Below, one piece after another: positions 63,897-64,000 of a stretch of DNA of 64,000 nt. The stretch comes from Candidatus Dormiibacterota bacterium (lineage in GTDB: Bacteria > Chloroflexota > Dormibacteria > Aeolococcales > Aeolococcaceae): contig CAVOMR010000002.1 of assembly GCA_963697085.1 (NCBI GenBank), positions 464,442 through 528,441 of the forward strand, in the 5' to 3' direction. Every line of letters begins with the position of its first letter. Position 1 is the stretch's first letter. Both the position numbers and the translations under genes were made by a program. The notes beneath the pieces were generated by a model. The model saw only the letters and a program-made list of their open reading frames with translations. It made no database searches and was not told the DNA's origin.

Positions 63897-64000
63897 TGGC
63901 CATCCAGGCGAATAAACCGAACAGCCGAGTCTTCTTGCTTCTTGGCATCGTGCTGGCGGCGGCGGCGGCGGTGGCCGTGCTGCTCCTGGTCCGCTCGAAT
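63897..64000 (+). CDS. Possible CpaB/RcpC-like Flp pilus assembly protein, N-terminal fragment (runs off window end)
   Basis: VAIQANKPNSRVFLLLGIVLAAAAAVAVLLLVRSN resembles the CpaB N-terminal signal-anchor; only 35 codons visible. Confidence 0.3.

Overview
High-GC (about 70%) bacterial chromosome segment, probably from an actinobacterium-like lineage. It has three parts.

Core region (1-20.9 kb). On the minus strand lies the complete str/S10/spc ribosomal operon: rpsL-rpsG-fusA-tuf-rpsJ-rplC-rplD-rplW-rplB-rpsS-rplV-rpsC-rplP-rpmC-rpsQ-rplN-rplX-rplE-rpsZ-rpsH(partial). It is transcribed divergently from rplJ-rplL-rpoB-rpoC on the plus strand.

Mixed housekeeping/signalling region (20.9-41.6 kb). 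It contains a REC-HD-GYP regulator, a HAD hydrolase, a DegS-type histidine kinase, a standalone receiver, two tandem paralogous polytopic membrane proteins, a TPR protein, and a HisKA kinase with an OmpR-type regulator. It also contains an unusual cluster: ParA, a compact ParB-like protein, a coiled-coil protein, a second divergent ParA-like ATPase, a 1107-aa protein with DUF4388-like N-terminal repeats and a roughly 650-aa acidic tandem-repeat disordered region, a single-TM protein, an N-terminally truncated CpaF/VirB11-type ATPase, and lipoproteins.

Accessory-looking region (41.6-53.3 kb). A REP13E12/DUF222-type HNH endonuclease gene is split into three collinear pieces. It is interrupted by an IS21-family element (istA plus a C-truncated istB) and by an approximately 8.5-kb insertion. 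That insertion carries an ECF sigma factor, a TolB-like membrane anti-sigma candidate, a novel 'CWAVG'-repeat secreted protein, a low-GC gene-poor stretch, a COG4315 lipoprotein, an ABM-domain membrane protein and a SAM methyltransferase. A near-identical 30-bp direct repeat lies inside the insertion and at its right junction.

The rest of the window (53.3-64 kb) encodes a full-length CpaF/TadA ATPase, a CAP/SCP-domain secreted protein, a MacB/FtsX-type ABC exporter with a lipoprotein, an ABC-2 exporter, an acidic/TPR protein, and the start of a CpaB-like gene at the window edge.

Caveat. At least nine genes show single-nucleotide frameshifts at G/C homopolymers, including essential genes (rpsQ, rplJ, rpoB, and rpoC twice). 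This points to indel sequencing/assembly errors rather than biological pseudogenisation, and coordinates of broken genes are approximate. No rRNA, tRNA or CRISPR array was recognised.
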